Source: Gemmatimonadota bacterium (GTDB taxonomy: Bacteria; Gemmatimonadota; Gemmatimonadetes; Palauibacterales; Palauibacteraceae). Taken from it: a stretch of DNA of 64,000 bases. Location: NCBI GenBank assembly GCA_965116475.1, contig OZ220691.1:896001-960000 (forward strand), read 5' to 3'. This document shows, one piece after another, positions 53,292-62,274 of the stretch (its first letter is position 1; every line of letters begins with the position of its first letter). Made by a program: the position numbers and the translations under genes. A model generated the notes under the pieces. That model was not told the DNA's origin and did no database searches. It saw nothing but the letters and a program-made list of their open reading frames with translations.

Positions 53292-53428
53292 CCGGCGCCT
53301 CCCTGTAAGCAACGGTGTTCGGCCTCCCCCTGCATGATACACCGGTGGCGCGCGTTGGGCCGGACTTGACCCGGATCGAAGATGCGGACCTCTCGGCGCG
53401 CGGACGCGCGGAGGAGAACCCGTGAGCG

Positions 53429-53451
53429 GCTGACGGGTATGCTGACGGGTA
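53429..53451. repeat. Direct repeat GCTGACGGGTA x2, 12-bp period, in a divergent promoter region
   Basis: GCTGACGGGTA-T-GCTGACGGGTA. Confidence 0.7.
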
Positions 53452-53513
53452 GATCGGGGGTGAGCCGCCAGAGCCTGCAGGGGGTGGCCGCCGTGATGCC
53501 GAGGAGGCCTCCA

Positions 53514-54323
53514 ATGCGCACCAGCAGATACGCTTTCTTCCTGCCGGCCCTGGCCGTCTTTCTGCCTGCCCTGGCCGTTGCCGGCTGTGGCAATGCCGTG
53601 GGGCGCGAGCCCAACTACCTCGAAGTCGTGGAGGTGACCGTCGGCCCCGCCCTGGCCAAGTGCTACGGGGTGGGCGTGCGGACGTGCATGGTGGTCAACG
53701 GCGGGTTGTTCTACGACGGAATCGAGGGCTTCGAGTACGAGGCCGGCTACGACTACCGACTCCGCATCGGCAAGTACGATCCCTGGGGCGGGAGCGAACC
53801 GCCGCAGGACGCCGGCCGGTATGCGTACCGTCTGCTGGAGCAACTGGAGAAGACGCCGGCGCCATCCACCCCCGCCACGCTGTCGGCAGGTCCGGCGCGG
53901 GTCGTATGCGCGCGGAGCGACGACTTCTGCATGGTCCTGGACGGCGCACCGTACGACGACATCATCACGAGCTTCGAGTATGAGGCGGGCTACCACTACG
54001 TGCTGGAAGCCGACAGGTATGCCGATGGCCGGTACGTGCTGGGCGAAGTCGTGTCGAGAACCCGGGCGGCGGGCACCGAAGAGGAGATCGCCATCGATCG
54101 CCACCGGGTCGAGTGCGACGACGGCTATCCCGGATACTGCAAGGTCGTTAACGGCGCCCCCTACCGCGGCGAGATCGTGGGCTTTCAGCCGCGGCACGAA
54201 GTCGACTACCGCCTGCGCGTCGAGAGGTTCGACATGTTCCCCGACGGCATGACCGGATCACCCAATGTGCCGGCCTACGGCTACCGCTGGCTCGAAACGC
54301 TCGAGGCCACCCCCGGCACCTGA
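53514..54323 (+). CDS. Lipoprotein with three DUF4377-like domains
   Basis: LAVAGC lipobox; three repeats of C...C..V...I.GF.YE.GY.Y.L. Confidence 0.8.
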   Translation: MRTSRYAFFLPALAVFLPALAVAGCGNAVGREPNYLEVVEVTVGPALAKCYGVGVRTCMVVNGGLFYDGIEGFEYEAGYDYRLRIGKYDPWGGSEPPQDAGRYAYRLLEQLEKTPAPSTPATLSAGPARVVCARSDDFCMVLDGAPYDDIITSFEYEAGYHYVLEADRYADGRYVLGEVVSRTRAAGTEEEIAIDRHRVECDDGYPGYCKVVNGAPYRGEIVGFQPRHEVDYRLRVERFDMFPDGMTGSPNVPAYGYRWLETLEATPGT

Positions 54324-54344
54324 GCCGGCCGATTGCGGCCTTCA

Positions 54345-57300
54345 TCAACGGCAGCCGCCGCCGCGGCCCCAGCTCATGGTGGGGGGCGGATCGCGGCGGA
54401 GCGCCTCCAGGTACGCGAACGGGTCGGAGTCGGCGAGCCGATTGGCCGGCGCCGCGTCCTCCCTTTCGACGGCGCGGACCGTCTCGCGGCCCTGGCGGAG
54501 TGCGGGGCTCAGGCGGAGCGGGTGCACGCCCCCGGCGAGCACGTTGTACGTCGCGCCGTCCTTCTGGAGCGTGCCGTCGATGTAGAGGAAGGGTTCGAGG
54601 CGGATCGCGGCGCGGCATTCCCGGTACACCTCGGGCCTCACGATCGCGTTGACGGGCCCGAATTCGTCCTCCATGAGGATGAAGATGTAGCCGCCGGCCG
54701 TGTGCGGGCGCTGGCGGGCCACGACGATCCCGGCCACCCGCACCTCGCTCCCGGCCGGGAGATCGGGGAAGCGGGCCGATGAGACCGTGCGCTCGGGGAG
54801 GCGGTCGCCCACAAGCGCGAACGGGTGGTGCTGCGAGGCGGCGAAGGAGAGGATGCGGTACTCCGCGATCATCTTCTCCATGTCGTGCGTGCCCGCGAAG
54901 CGGAGATCCGCGTAGGGATCGTCCAGCGCGAGTTCGGTCTGTCCCTGGTCCGAGCGGTCGGTGCTCCGGCGGTCCCGTACGGGGGGCAGCGCGTCTCCGC
55001 CCAGTCCCGCGGCGCCCGTCGCCAGTTCGCGGCGGCGGCGTTCCGCTTCCGTTTCGGCTTCCGGACCCAGCCAGAGCCCCGTCTGCCACAGCAGATCGCG
55101 GCGTTCGATCCCCAGCGCGTCGAACCCGCCGACCCAGATCAGGCTCTCGATCGCGGCCCGCTTGAGCGTGGCCGGGGTGCGGCGCAGAAAATCGGGCAGC
55201 GACGCGAACGGCCCGCCCCGCTCGCGCTCCGCCACCACGAGTTCGGCCACCTCCGTCCCCCAGTCGCGGACCATGCCGAGACCGATGCGGACGTCGTCTC
55301 CCTCGGCGGTGCAGGCGACCTCGCTCGCGTTCAGATCCGGGAGCCGGACGCCGACCCCGTGCCGGCGCGCGTCGCGGCCGATCGCGTCGAGCGAGTAGAA
55401 CCCCATCGGCTGGTTGTTGAAGAGCCCGACGTAGTACTCGGGCGGGTAGCGGTCGCGGAGCCAGGCGGACTGGTAGGCGAGGAGTCCGAACGCCACCGCG
55501 TGCGACTTCGGAAACCCGAACTCCGAGAACGCGACGACCTGTTCGAACACTTTCTTCGCGGTGGGACCGTCGACCCCCTTCGCCGCCGCGCCGTCCCGGA
55601 ACGCCGTCCAGTACCCCAGCAGCGCCTCGCGCGAGCGTTTGCGGCTCATGGCGCGCCGCAGCCCCTCGGCCTGGCCGTCGCTGAAGCCCGCGAGCGCCCT
55701 GCACACCTGCAGCACCTGGTCCTGGAAGATGATCACGCCCAGCGTTTCGCCGAGCGCCTCCTCGAGCAGGGGATGGTCGTAGGGGACGACGTAGTCCGGG
55801 TTGTTGCGCAGCTTCTCGCGCCGCCGGACGTAGGGGTTGACCGCCCCGCCGACGATCGGGCCCGGGCGCACGATCGCGACCTGGACCGCGAGGTCGGCCA
55901 GGTTCCGGGGCCGCACCCGCCGCAGCATCTGGATCTGCGCGCGGCTCTCGACCTGGAACAGCCCCACCGTGTCTCCCGAACAGATGCGGTCGTAGATCCC
56001 CTCGTCCTCATAGTCGATGCGGGACAGATCGGGGATTTCCCCATGGCGCAGATGAATCGTCTCCACCGCCTCCTCGACGAGTGACAGCATCCCGAGCGCG
56101 AGGAAGTCGATCTTGATGAAGTGCGCGTCGTCGCAGGAGTCCTTGTCCCACTGGCAGAGGACGCGCCCCTCCCACGCGGCGGGCTCGAGCGGGACGATCT
56201 CCACCAGCGGCCGGCTCGAGATGATCATCCCGCCCACGTGCTGGGAGATGTGCCGCGGGAGCCCCTTGATCTCCTCGGCCAGTTCGGCGAAGACCCGCCA
56301 GATGCGTGAGTTGGCGCGCGCTTCGAGGCCGGGGATGCGCTCGAGTTCGGCCATGAACCCGTCCTCTCCCGGCTCGGCGAGTCTGGCCAGCTTCTCCACG
56401 TCGCCGGCCGGGAGGCTGAGCGCCTTGCCCAGTTCGCGCACGATCGAGCGCGTGCGGTAGGTGGGGAAGGTGCACACAAGCCCGACGTGGTCGTACCCGA
56501 AGCGCTCGTAGACGGCGAGGATCAGTTCCTCCCGGATATCGCGCGCAAAGTCGATGTCGATGTCCGGGACGCTTTCCATGGCGTCGTTCAGGAACCGGCC
56601 GAGGAAGAGGTTCGTCCGTACCGGGTCGACGTGGGAGAGCCCGATCAGGTAGCAGAGGATGGAGGAGACCGAGGACCCGCGTCCCCGCCCCGGCGGAAGC
56701 AGTTGCCGCGGCATCGAGTCGCCCCGCACGCGGTGCGCGACCTCCCGGGCCAGTTCGAGGATGTCGTGATAGACGAGGAAGAACCCGGCCAGGTCATGCC
56801 GGTCGACGAGCGCGAGTTCGGTGGCGAGCCGCTCCTCGGCTTCGCGGCGGTATCCGCTGCCGGGGGGATAACGGATCTCGAACGCCCGGCGACAGACCTG
56901 CTGGAGCACGCGCATGGCGGGGGCGGCGCCGCTTCCCCTGAAGTCGGGGAACCTGTAGCCGAGGTCGGCCGTGAGATCGAACGCCCGGCAGCGCTCGGCG
57001 ATCGCGCGCGTGTTGCGGAGCGCGTCGGGCCGCGACGCGAAGCGCCACACCATCTCGCGGGGCGAGGCGAGGTGGAAGCAGGCGTTGGGGCGGCGCAGCG
57101 CGTGCGAATCGTCGACCGTCGTCCGGTTCCGGATCGCGACCAGGACATCCTGGAGACGGTGCCGGTCGGCGACGTGGTAGTGGACGTTGCCCGTGGCCAC
57201 GACCGGGATGCGGAGCCGGTCGGCCAGCGCGCCCAGCGCCCGTCCGCGCGCGAGGTCGCCGTGGACGGCGTTGTGCTGGAGTTCGACGAAGAGGTTGCCG

Positions 57301-57839
57301 GGACCGAAGGCGTCGCGCAGGCGGACGGCCAGCCGCTCGGCCTCGTCTGTCCCCCGTTCGAGCGCCGCGAGGAGGGGGCTCCGGCGGCACCCGCTGAGGA
57401 GGATGAGCCCCTCGGGCCGCTCGAGGAGCGCGTCGAGGTCGAGCCGGGGCTCCCCGCGCGGACTCTCCATGTGCGCCCGGGTGATGAGCCGGCACAGGTT
57501 CGCGTACCCCGCCGCGTTCTCCGCCAGCACCGTGACGTGGCAGTCGGCCGGTTCCGCCGCCCGTCCCGTCGGCGCGCGGCCTGCGGACGTTCCCGCGGGA
57601 ACGTCTCCGTCGGCGGCGAACGGCGCAGCGAGGGTGAGTTCGGCGCCGGTGATCGGCTGCAGCCCGTGGGCGCGGGCGAATTGCGCGAACCCCATCGAGC
57701 CGTACAGCCCGTCGTGGTCGGTGAGCGCGAGCGCGGGATAGCCCAGTTCGAGTGCGCGCGCCGCGAGTTCCTCGGGCCGCGACGCCCCATCGAGAAAGGA
57801 GTAGGCCGAGTGCGCGTGCAGTTCGACGTAGTCGGCCAC
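54345..57839 (-). CDS. dnaE2: Error-prone DNA polymerase III alpha (ImuC)
   Basis: YVELHAHSAYSFLDG, GRGSS, PDIDID, PRHISQHVGG, QWDKD, FQVESRAQ, FGFPKSH, NNQPMGFY. Confidence 0.93.
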   Translation of the reverse strand: MADYVELHAHSAYSFLDGASRPEELAARALELGYPALALTDHDGLYGSMGFAQFARAHGLQPITGAELTLAAPFAADGDVPAGTSAGRAPTGRAAEPADCHVTVLAENAAGYANLCRLITRAHMESPRGEPRLDLDALLERPEGLILLSGCRRSPLLAALERGTDEAERLAVRLRDAFGPGNLFVELQHNAVHGDLARGRALGALADRLRIPVVATGNVHYHVADRHRLQDVLVAIRNRTTVDDSHALRRPNACFHLASPREMVWRFASRPDALRNTRAIAERCRAFDLTADLGYRFPDFRGSGAAPAMRVLQQVCRRAFEIRYPPGSGYRREAEERLATELALVDRHDLAGFFLVYHDILELAREVAHRVRGDSMPRQLLPPGRGRGSSVSSILCYLIGLSHVDPVRTNLFLGRFLNDAMESVPDIDIDFARDIREELILAVYERFGYDHVGLVCTFPTYRTRSIVRELGKALSLPAGDVEKLARLAEPGEDGFMAELERIPGLEARANSRIWRVFAELAEEIKGLPRHISQHVGGMIISSRPLVEIVPLEPAAWEGRVLCQWDKDSCDDAHFIKIDFLALGMLSLVEEAVETIHLRHGEIPDLSRIDYEDEGIYDRICSGDTVGLFQVESRAQIQMLRRVRPRNLADLAVQVAIVRPGPIVGGAVNPYVRRREKLRNNPDYVVPYDHPLLEEALGETLGVIIFQDQVLQVCRALAGFSDGQAEGLRRAMSRKRSREALLGYWTAFRDGAAAKGVDGPTAKKVFEQVVAFSEFGFPKSHAVAFGLLAYQSAWLRDRYPPEYYVGLFNNQPMGFYSLDAIGRDARRHGVGVRLPDLNASEVACTAEGDDVRIGLGMVRDWGTEVAELVVAERERGGPFASLPDFLRRTPATLKRAAIESLIWVGGFDALGIERRDLLWQTGLWLGPEAETEAERRRRELATGAAGLGGDALPPVRDRRSTDRSDQGQTELALDDPYADLRFAGTHDMEKMIAEYRILSFAASQHHPFALVGDRLPERTVSSARFPDLPAGSEVRVAGIVVARQRPHTAGGYIFILMEDEFGPVNAIVRPEVYRECRAAIRLEPFLYIDGTLQKDGATYNVLAGGVHPLRLSPALRQGRETVRAVEREDAAPANRLADSDPFAYLEALRRDPPPTMSWGRGGGCR

Positions 57840-57845
57840 GGGCGG

Positions 57846-58136
57846 CTATTCCGGCTGCAGGAACCAGCGATCCAGCATCAGATCGTGGTACGCGGTGAGG
57901 TGGGCGCCGTTCTCGAGCACGATCGAGAAGTAGGCGCGCGAGATCGGTTCCCTCCACCACTCGTCGTCGATCCGCCACTGGTCGGGCACGTCGCCGATCC
58001 GTCGCCAGCGTCCCCGGATCTCGAGACTCACGGGCACCCCGGCGCCCCCGAGCCGGACCCGCACCGGACGCGGCCGGTTGAGCGCACGCAGCTTCCCCGC
58101 GGGCGGCTTCGGCCTCGGCGGCCGGGGACCGGCCAC
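57846..58136 (-). CDS. Stand-alone ImuB C-terminal-like (DUF6504-like) protein
   Basis: LRALNRPRPV...QWRIDDEWWR...RAYF...YHDL...WF; lies between imuB and dnaE2. Confidence 0.75.
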   Translation of the reverse strand: MAGPRPPRPKPPAGKLRALNRPRPVRVRLGGAGVPVSLEIRGRWRRIGDVPDQWRIDDEWWREPISRAYFSIVLENGAHLTAYHDLMLDRWFLQPE

Positions 58137-58141
58137 ACCCG

Positions 58142-59440
58142 CTACGCGATTTCCATGAGCGCGTGCCGGCGCTCGGGGATTCGGGAGTTCGGCTCGAGTT
58201 CGAGCACCCGGAACAGCGCCGCGCCTCCCACCCGCAACCGCAGCAGGCGCGCCGCGCGGCGGAACGCGGGCAGGAGTTCGCCATCCTTCGTCTCCAGCGA
58301 ACCGAGGGCGCGGGCCGCGCCTTCCTTCGGGTCGAAGAGCCCGGCCTGCGCGCTCGCCGGGCCGAAGCGGAAGAGTTCGAGCCGCAGCGTCTCGACCGCG
58401 CGCCGGGGCCGGTCGAGCGCGATTCGCGAGCGGAGGAACGCCCCGAGCCGTTCGGGCTCGCTCGTGGGTTCCCGGGCAATCGCGCGAATGGACCAGGAGC
58501 CGCCGTCCTCGAGGCTCGCCGACACCCTGAGGCCGCGGACGCTCTTGCCTCGCCGCCGCGGATGATCGAGCGCGCGACCGATGAGCCGGTCGAGCGCGGC
58601 GTGCAGCAGTTCGAGCTGTCCGATCGGGCTCGGGAAGTCGAGCGCGACGCGAATCGGCCGGGCCGGCGCCTCCGGCCGCACACGGTCGATGCGCGTCCCC
58701 CGCGCCCAGGCGAGCGCCCGGCGCCCATCGGCCCCGAACTGCGACACGAGCGCCGGCTCGGGCATGCGCACGAGCTGTCCGAGCCGCCCGACCCCGAGCC
58801 GCCTCAGCCGCCCGACCGTGCGCGGCGACACCGGCAGCACATCGACCGGCTGCGGCGCCAGAAACGCGGCCAGGCCGGCCGGCGCCACGCAGACGGCCGC
58901 GCCCGCCGAGCCGGCCCCCTGCGACCCCGCCGGTTGAGCGGGCTCCGCGGCCCGCGCCGCGACCCAGGCCGCGAACTTGCCCGGCGCGCAGCCGATCCGC
59001 GCGCTCGACGCGAGCCACGGCGACAGCGCCTCGAGCCGTGCCCGGAGCCCCGCGATCTGCCGCCCGGGCGGGCCGTACAGGCGTTCGAGCCCATCGACCC
59101 CCACGAACATCCGGCCCCGCTCGGCCGAGCGCTCGACGACCGGGCTCCACCGGCGAAGAACCTCCAGCACCCGGTCGCGCGCCGCGTCGTGAAAATCCGG
59201 ATCCGGCTCGCAGAGGACGAGCGACGGACAGAGCGCGATCGCCTGCGACACGACCATGCCCGGCTCGACCCCGAAGGAGGCCGCGAGCGCGCACCCCATC
59301 TCGATGCGGCGGCGGTCCCCCGGCGTCGGCAGCGCGAGCGGCTGGTCCGCGAGCGACGGCGTCCGGACCCGCTCCAGTTCCAGCTCGAACCCCGGCCACC
59401 AGAGGCAGAGCGCCATCCGGCTCCCGCGACCTGCGTCCAT
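58142..59440 (-). CDS. imuB: Y-family polymerase-like protein ImuB (probably catalytically inactive)
   Basis: GVEPGM..SQAIALCP, SPVVE, KFAAWVAA, FLAPQPVDVL, QAGLFD clamp-binding motif; catalytic acidic residues not evident. Confidence 0.85.
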   Translation of the reverse strand: MDAGRGSRMALCLWWPGFELELERVRTPSLADQPLALPTPGDRRRIEMGCALAASFGVEPGMVVSQAIALCPSLVLCEPDPDFHDAARDRVLEVLRRWSPVVERSAERGRMFVGVDGLERLYGPPGRQIAGLRARLEALSPWLASSARIGCAPGKFAAWVAARAAEPAQPAGSQGAGSAGAAVCVAPAGLAAFLAPQPVDVLPVSPRTVGRLRRLGVGRLGQLVRMPEPALVSQFGADGRRALAWARGTRIDRVRPEAPARPIRVALDFPSPIGQLELLHAALDRLIGRALDHPRRRGKSVRGLRVSASLEDGGSWSIRAIAREPTSEPERLGAFLRSRIALDRPRRAVETLRLELFRFGPASAQAGLFDPKEGAARALGSLETKDGELLPAFRRAARLLRLRVGGAALFRVLELEPNSRIPERRHALMEIA

Positions 59441-59458
59441 GCGACCCTTTCCAAACTC

Positions 59459-59520
59459 AAAAACCGAATAAAAACCGAAAATCGGACCGGCCAATCTAGG
59501 CGCTGCGAAACGGGATGCAA
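59459..59520 (-). promoter_or_regulatory. imuB promoter with a downstream direct-repeat operator candidate
   Basis: TTGCAT-N16-TAGATT (59520-59493); AAAAACCGAA x2 with 11-bp period (59459-59479). Confidence 0.55.
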
Positions 59521-59570
59521 GAGCCCCGGGCTGCGTCGCCGACCGGGCCGGCGCCGGATACTTTCGACTC

Positions 59571-60026
59571 ATGAACCGGGAACCCGACACGGGAGAGGTG
59601 CTCGCGCCGAGGAGCTGGGCCGCGTTCGTAGCGCGGACGATCCTCGGCCTCATCTTTTTCATGGCCGGGTTCTGGAAGGTGTTCGAACTCGGGGCCGTCC
59701 AGCATGCGCGCGGCCTGTTCGTGGAGGCCTACGCCGACACGTTCCTCCCCGCCTGGTCGCTGTGGGCCGCCGGGGTCGCGATCCCGTTCATCGAACTGGC
59801 CTGCGGGGCGCTGCTGGTGGTGGGCTGGCGGCGCCGGACCGCCGCGCTGGGGCTGGGCGGAGTCCTCATCCTCGTCACCTTCGGGCACCTGCTCGCCGAA
59901 CCCCTCTACGTCTTCAGCGCACACGTCATCCCGCGCACGCTCCTGCTCGTCATCGCGCTCATCCTGTTCGAGGACGACCGCCTGAGCCTCGACGCCTGGC
60001 TCGCCCGCCGCACCGCCCCACGCTGA
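59571..60026 (+). CDS. DoxX-family membrane protein
   Basis: RTILGLIFFMAGFWK, ELACGALLVVGW..R, LSLD. Confidence 0.85.
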   Translation: MNREPDTGEVLAPRSWAAFVARTILGLIFFMAGFWKVFELGAVQHARGLFVEAYADTFLPAWSLWAAGVAIPFIELACGALLVVGWRRRTAALGLGGVLILVTFGHLLAEPLYVFSAHVIPRTLLLVIALILFEDDRLSLDAWLARRTAPR

Positions 60027-60045
60027 CCGCCTCCGCCCCGTTGAT

Positions 60046-60071
60046 ACGGTGTTGACACGACGCAACATCGT
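60046..60071. promoter_or_regulatory. Inverted-repeat operator upstream of the HicA-like pair
   Basis: ACGGTGTTG-N8-CAACATCGT (one mismatch), overlapping TTGATA/TTGACA boxes. Confidence 0.6.
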
Positions 60072-60076
60072 GGGGC

Positions 60077-60328
60077 ATGATCAGGCTCCGGAGGCACCCG
60101 AAGAAGGACATCGAGAAGGCGCTGACCGTCGCCCGAAAAGCCGGGTGGACGGTCATCCCGAAAACCTCCGGGCATAACTGGGGCGTGATGTACTGCCCGG
60201 GGACCGGAACGCGTGCCTGCCGCAAGTCCATCGCGTCCACGCCGCGGAACCCCGGCGATCATGCCAGAAGACTCCGACAGGCTGTGCGCCGATGTCATCA
60301 CGGAGAGAGACGAGAAGTCGAGACATGA
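60077..60328 (+). CDS. HicA-like small basic protein, putative toxin
   Basis: HPKKDIEKAL..A...GW.V....GH.WG..YC...STPRNP; ATGA-coupled to the next gene. Confidence 0.7.
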   Translation: MIRLRRHPKKDIEKALTVARKAGWTVIPKTSGHNWGVMYCPGTGTRACRKSIASTPRNPGDHARRLRQAVRRCHHGERREVET

Positions 60329-60873
60329 CGACCCACAGCTTCACATTGGTCGTTGAAGGAGTCGACATCGATGACCCACAGGTCTTCGATGCCCTCTACG
60401 AAGCCGGATGCGATGATGCGACCATAGGAATCACAAACGGTATCCCGGTCATGGACTTCGACCGCAAGGCGGCGAGCCTCTATGAGGCGATTTCCTCGGC
60501 GATCGCGGATGCCGAATCGGTCGACGGTCTCCGGGTGGTGCGGATCGCGGACCTCGATCTCGTGTCGATGTCCGAAATCGCGGCCCGCGTCGGGCGCTCG
60601 CGCGAGTGCGTCCGGCTGTGGGTGCTCGGAAAGCGCGGACCGGGCGGATTTCCGGCGCCCCTCAACGATCCTCATGACCGGTATCGGTTCTGGCGCTGGT
60701 CCGACGTGGAAGGCTGGTTGATAGGAGTCCTCGGAGGCGAACCGTGGTCTTCCCAGGATCACCTGCGGGCCGCGATCAACGCAGCCCTCGAACTGCGCCA
60801 CCACTTCCGCCAACTCGATCCGAAGGACCGCCCCGACCTGCGCACCCTCGCCGGCTCCGCCCTCGCCGGCTGA
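60325..60873 (+). CDS. Putative antitoxin: HicB-like N-terminal domain plus HTH
   Basis: DALYEAGCDDA..FDRKAASL.EAI.SAI, then DLVSMSEIAARVGRSRECVRLW and FPAP. Confidence 0.72.
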   Translation: MTTHSFTLVVEGVDIDDPQVFDALYEAGCDDATIGITNGIPVMDFDRKAASLYEAISSAIADAESVDGLRVVRIADLDLVSMSEIAARVGRSRECVRLWVLGKRGPGGFPAPLNDPHDRYRFWRWSDVEGWLIGVLGGEPWSSQDHLRAAINAALELRHHFRQLDPKDRPDLRTLAGSALAG

Positions 60874-60947
60874 CCCACCCTTCCCTCGGGGGAACCAGGA
60901 GACGGCTCGTCGGTCATATCCTTCGGGACCTTGACCGAGGAAGGGGA

Positions 60948-62234
60948 ATAACCGGAACCGCACGAAGCACGAAAAGACTCCACACGAGAAGAACCCGGAT
61001 CGCGCTCGCGTCAATTGCGATCGCGGGCCTGACGTTCGTCGCGACCGCCGACGCCCAGGAGCGGCCGGGGCGCGCCGGCGGGGTCACGACCCGGGAGACG
61101 CTGCCCTCGAGCATCGAGCGCGTCACGAGTATCCTTCCTGACGATCCGGTGCCGACCTGGACGCTCGTCGAGGACCTGCGCGTCGGGTCCCTGGACGGAG
61201 ACGGCCCCGATGTCTTTGGCGAACTCAGGGGGCTGGTCGTGCTGCCGGACGGCGGATTCGCGGTCCTGGATTCACAGGCGCAGGAACTCCGCGTGTTCGC
61301 GGCGGACGGCTCCCACCGCGCCACCTACGGGGGCGAGGGAGAAGGCCCCGGGGAGTTCCGTGACGCGCACGGGCTCATGCTCGATCCGCAGGGTCGCCTC
61401 TGGGTCACAGACCCGTCCAACAGTCGCATGTCGGTGTTCGACCCGGACACCGGGTTCCTGGATTCCTTCCCCTATCGCTTCTCGTACTACAGCTACGTCT
61501 TCCAGGGAACGATGACGGCGGATGGCCACATCGTTCGCCCCACCCGCAGCAGGCGGGGCTTCGAGGTCTACGACCTGAACATGGAGCTTGTGGAGTCGTT
61601 CTCGGAGCCGGACGATGTGAGCAGGGGGATTTCGGCCCGGGCGGCCGCACAGCAACGGGACCGAGGCGGGCCTTCCGGCTTCGCCTGGCAGTCCGGCGAC
61701 GGGCGCAGTTCCGGCTTCATGAGCGTCCCCTACTATCCGCGCAGTGTCCGGTACTACGACCGCGAGGGAACGGTCTGGGTCGGGACGCACGAGGTGGACC
61801 CGACGGGCTATCGCTTCACACGGCAACACCTGGCCGGAGACACGACGCTGATCGTGAAGGTCCGAAAATCTCACATCCCCGTCTCGCGTGCGGAGCGCGA
61901 CGCCGCGATCGAGAGGATCCAGGAGCGACTACGGGAGCGGGGCGCGGACACCGACCGCGACTGGTCCAAGATCCCCGACTCGAAGCCCTCGGTCACCAAC
62001 CTCTTCACGTCGGCGGAAGGCAATATCTGGGTCCGCACGCCGTCCACCCGCGGGGAAGCGGCGTGGGACGTCTTTGTGCCCGACGGGGCATACATCGGGA
62101 CGGTAATCTCCACGGAGGTCAACGCCCTGCCCTTCATGCCACCCATCGTCCGTAGCGACGAATTCTGGGCCATCGTCACCGACGCGTTCGATGTCCAGCA
62201 CGTGGTGCGCGCGAGGATCACGCCCGCCGGCTGA
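60948..62234 (+). CDS. Secreted six-bladed (NHL-like) beta-propeller protein; start uncertain
   Basis: Signal-like IALASIAIAGLTFVATADA-Q; GGEGEGPGEF; VLDSQAQELRVF; no canonical in-frame start after 60873. Confidence 0.8.
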   Translation: MTGTARSTKRLHTRRTRIALASIAIAGLTFVATADAQERPGRAGGVTTRETLPSSIERVTSILPDDPVPTWTLVEDLRVGSLDGDGPDVFGELRGLVVLPDGGFAVLDSQAQELRVFAADGSHRATYGGEGEGPGEFRDAHGLMLDPQGRLWVTDPSNSRMSVFDPDTGFLDSFPYRFSYYSYVFQGTMTADGHIVRPTRSRRGFEVYDLNMELVESFSEPDDVSRGISARAAAQQRDRGGPSGFAWQSGDGRSSGFMSVPYYPRSVRYYDREGTVWVGTHEVDPTGYRFTRQHLAGDTTLIVKVRKSHIPVSRAERDAAIERIQERLRERGADTDRDWSKIPDSKPSVTNLFTSAEGNIWVRTPSTRGEAAWDVFVPDGAYIGTVISTEVNALPFMPPIVRSDEFWAIVTDAFDVQHVVRARITPAG

Positions 62235-62274
62235 GGCGGCCTCGCCCACCGCGATGGTCGGCGGCCATGTCGCA

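Noticed and set aside
51799..54344. Complete DGR cassette around the FGE gene
   Set aside because: No reverse transcriptase, Avd-like ORF or template repeat found in the flanking intergenic regions
51864..59440. Functional link between the dnaE2 cassette and diversification of the neighbouring FGE gene
   Set aside because: Proximity only; DnaE2 mutagenesis is not known to be locus-targeted, and an oppositely oriented gene separates them
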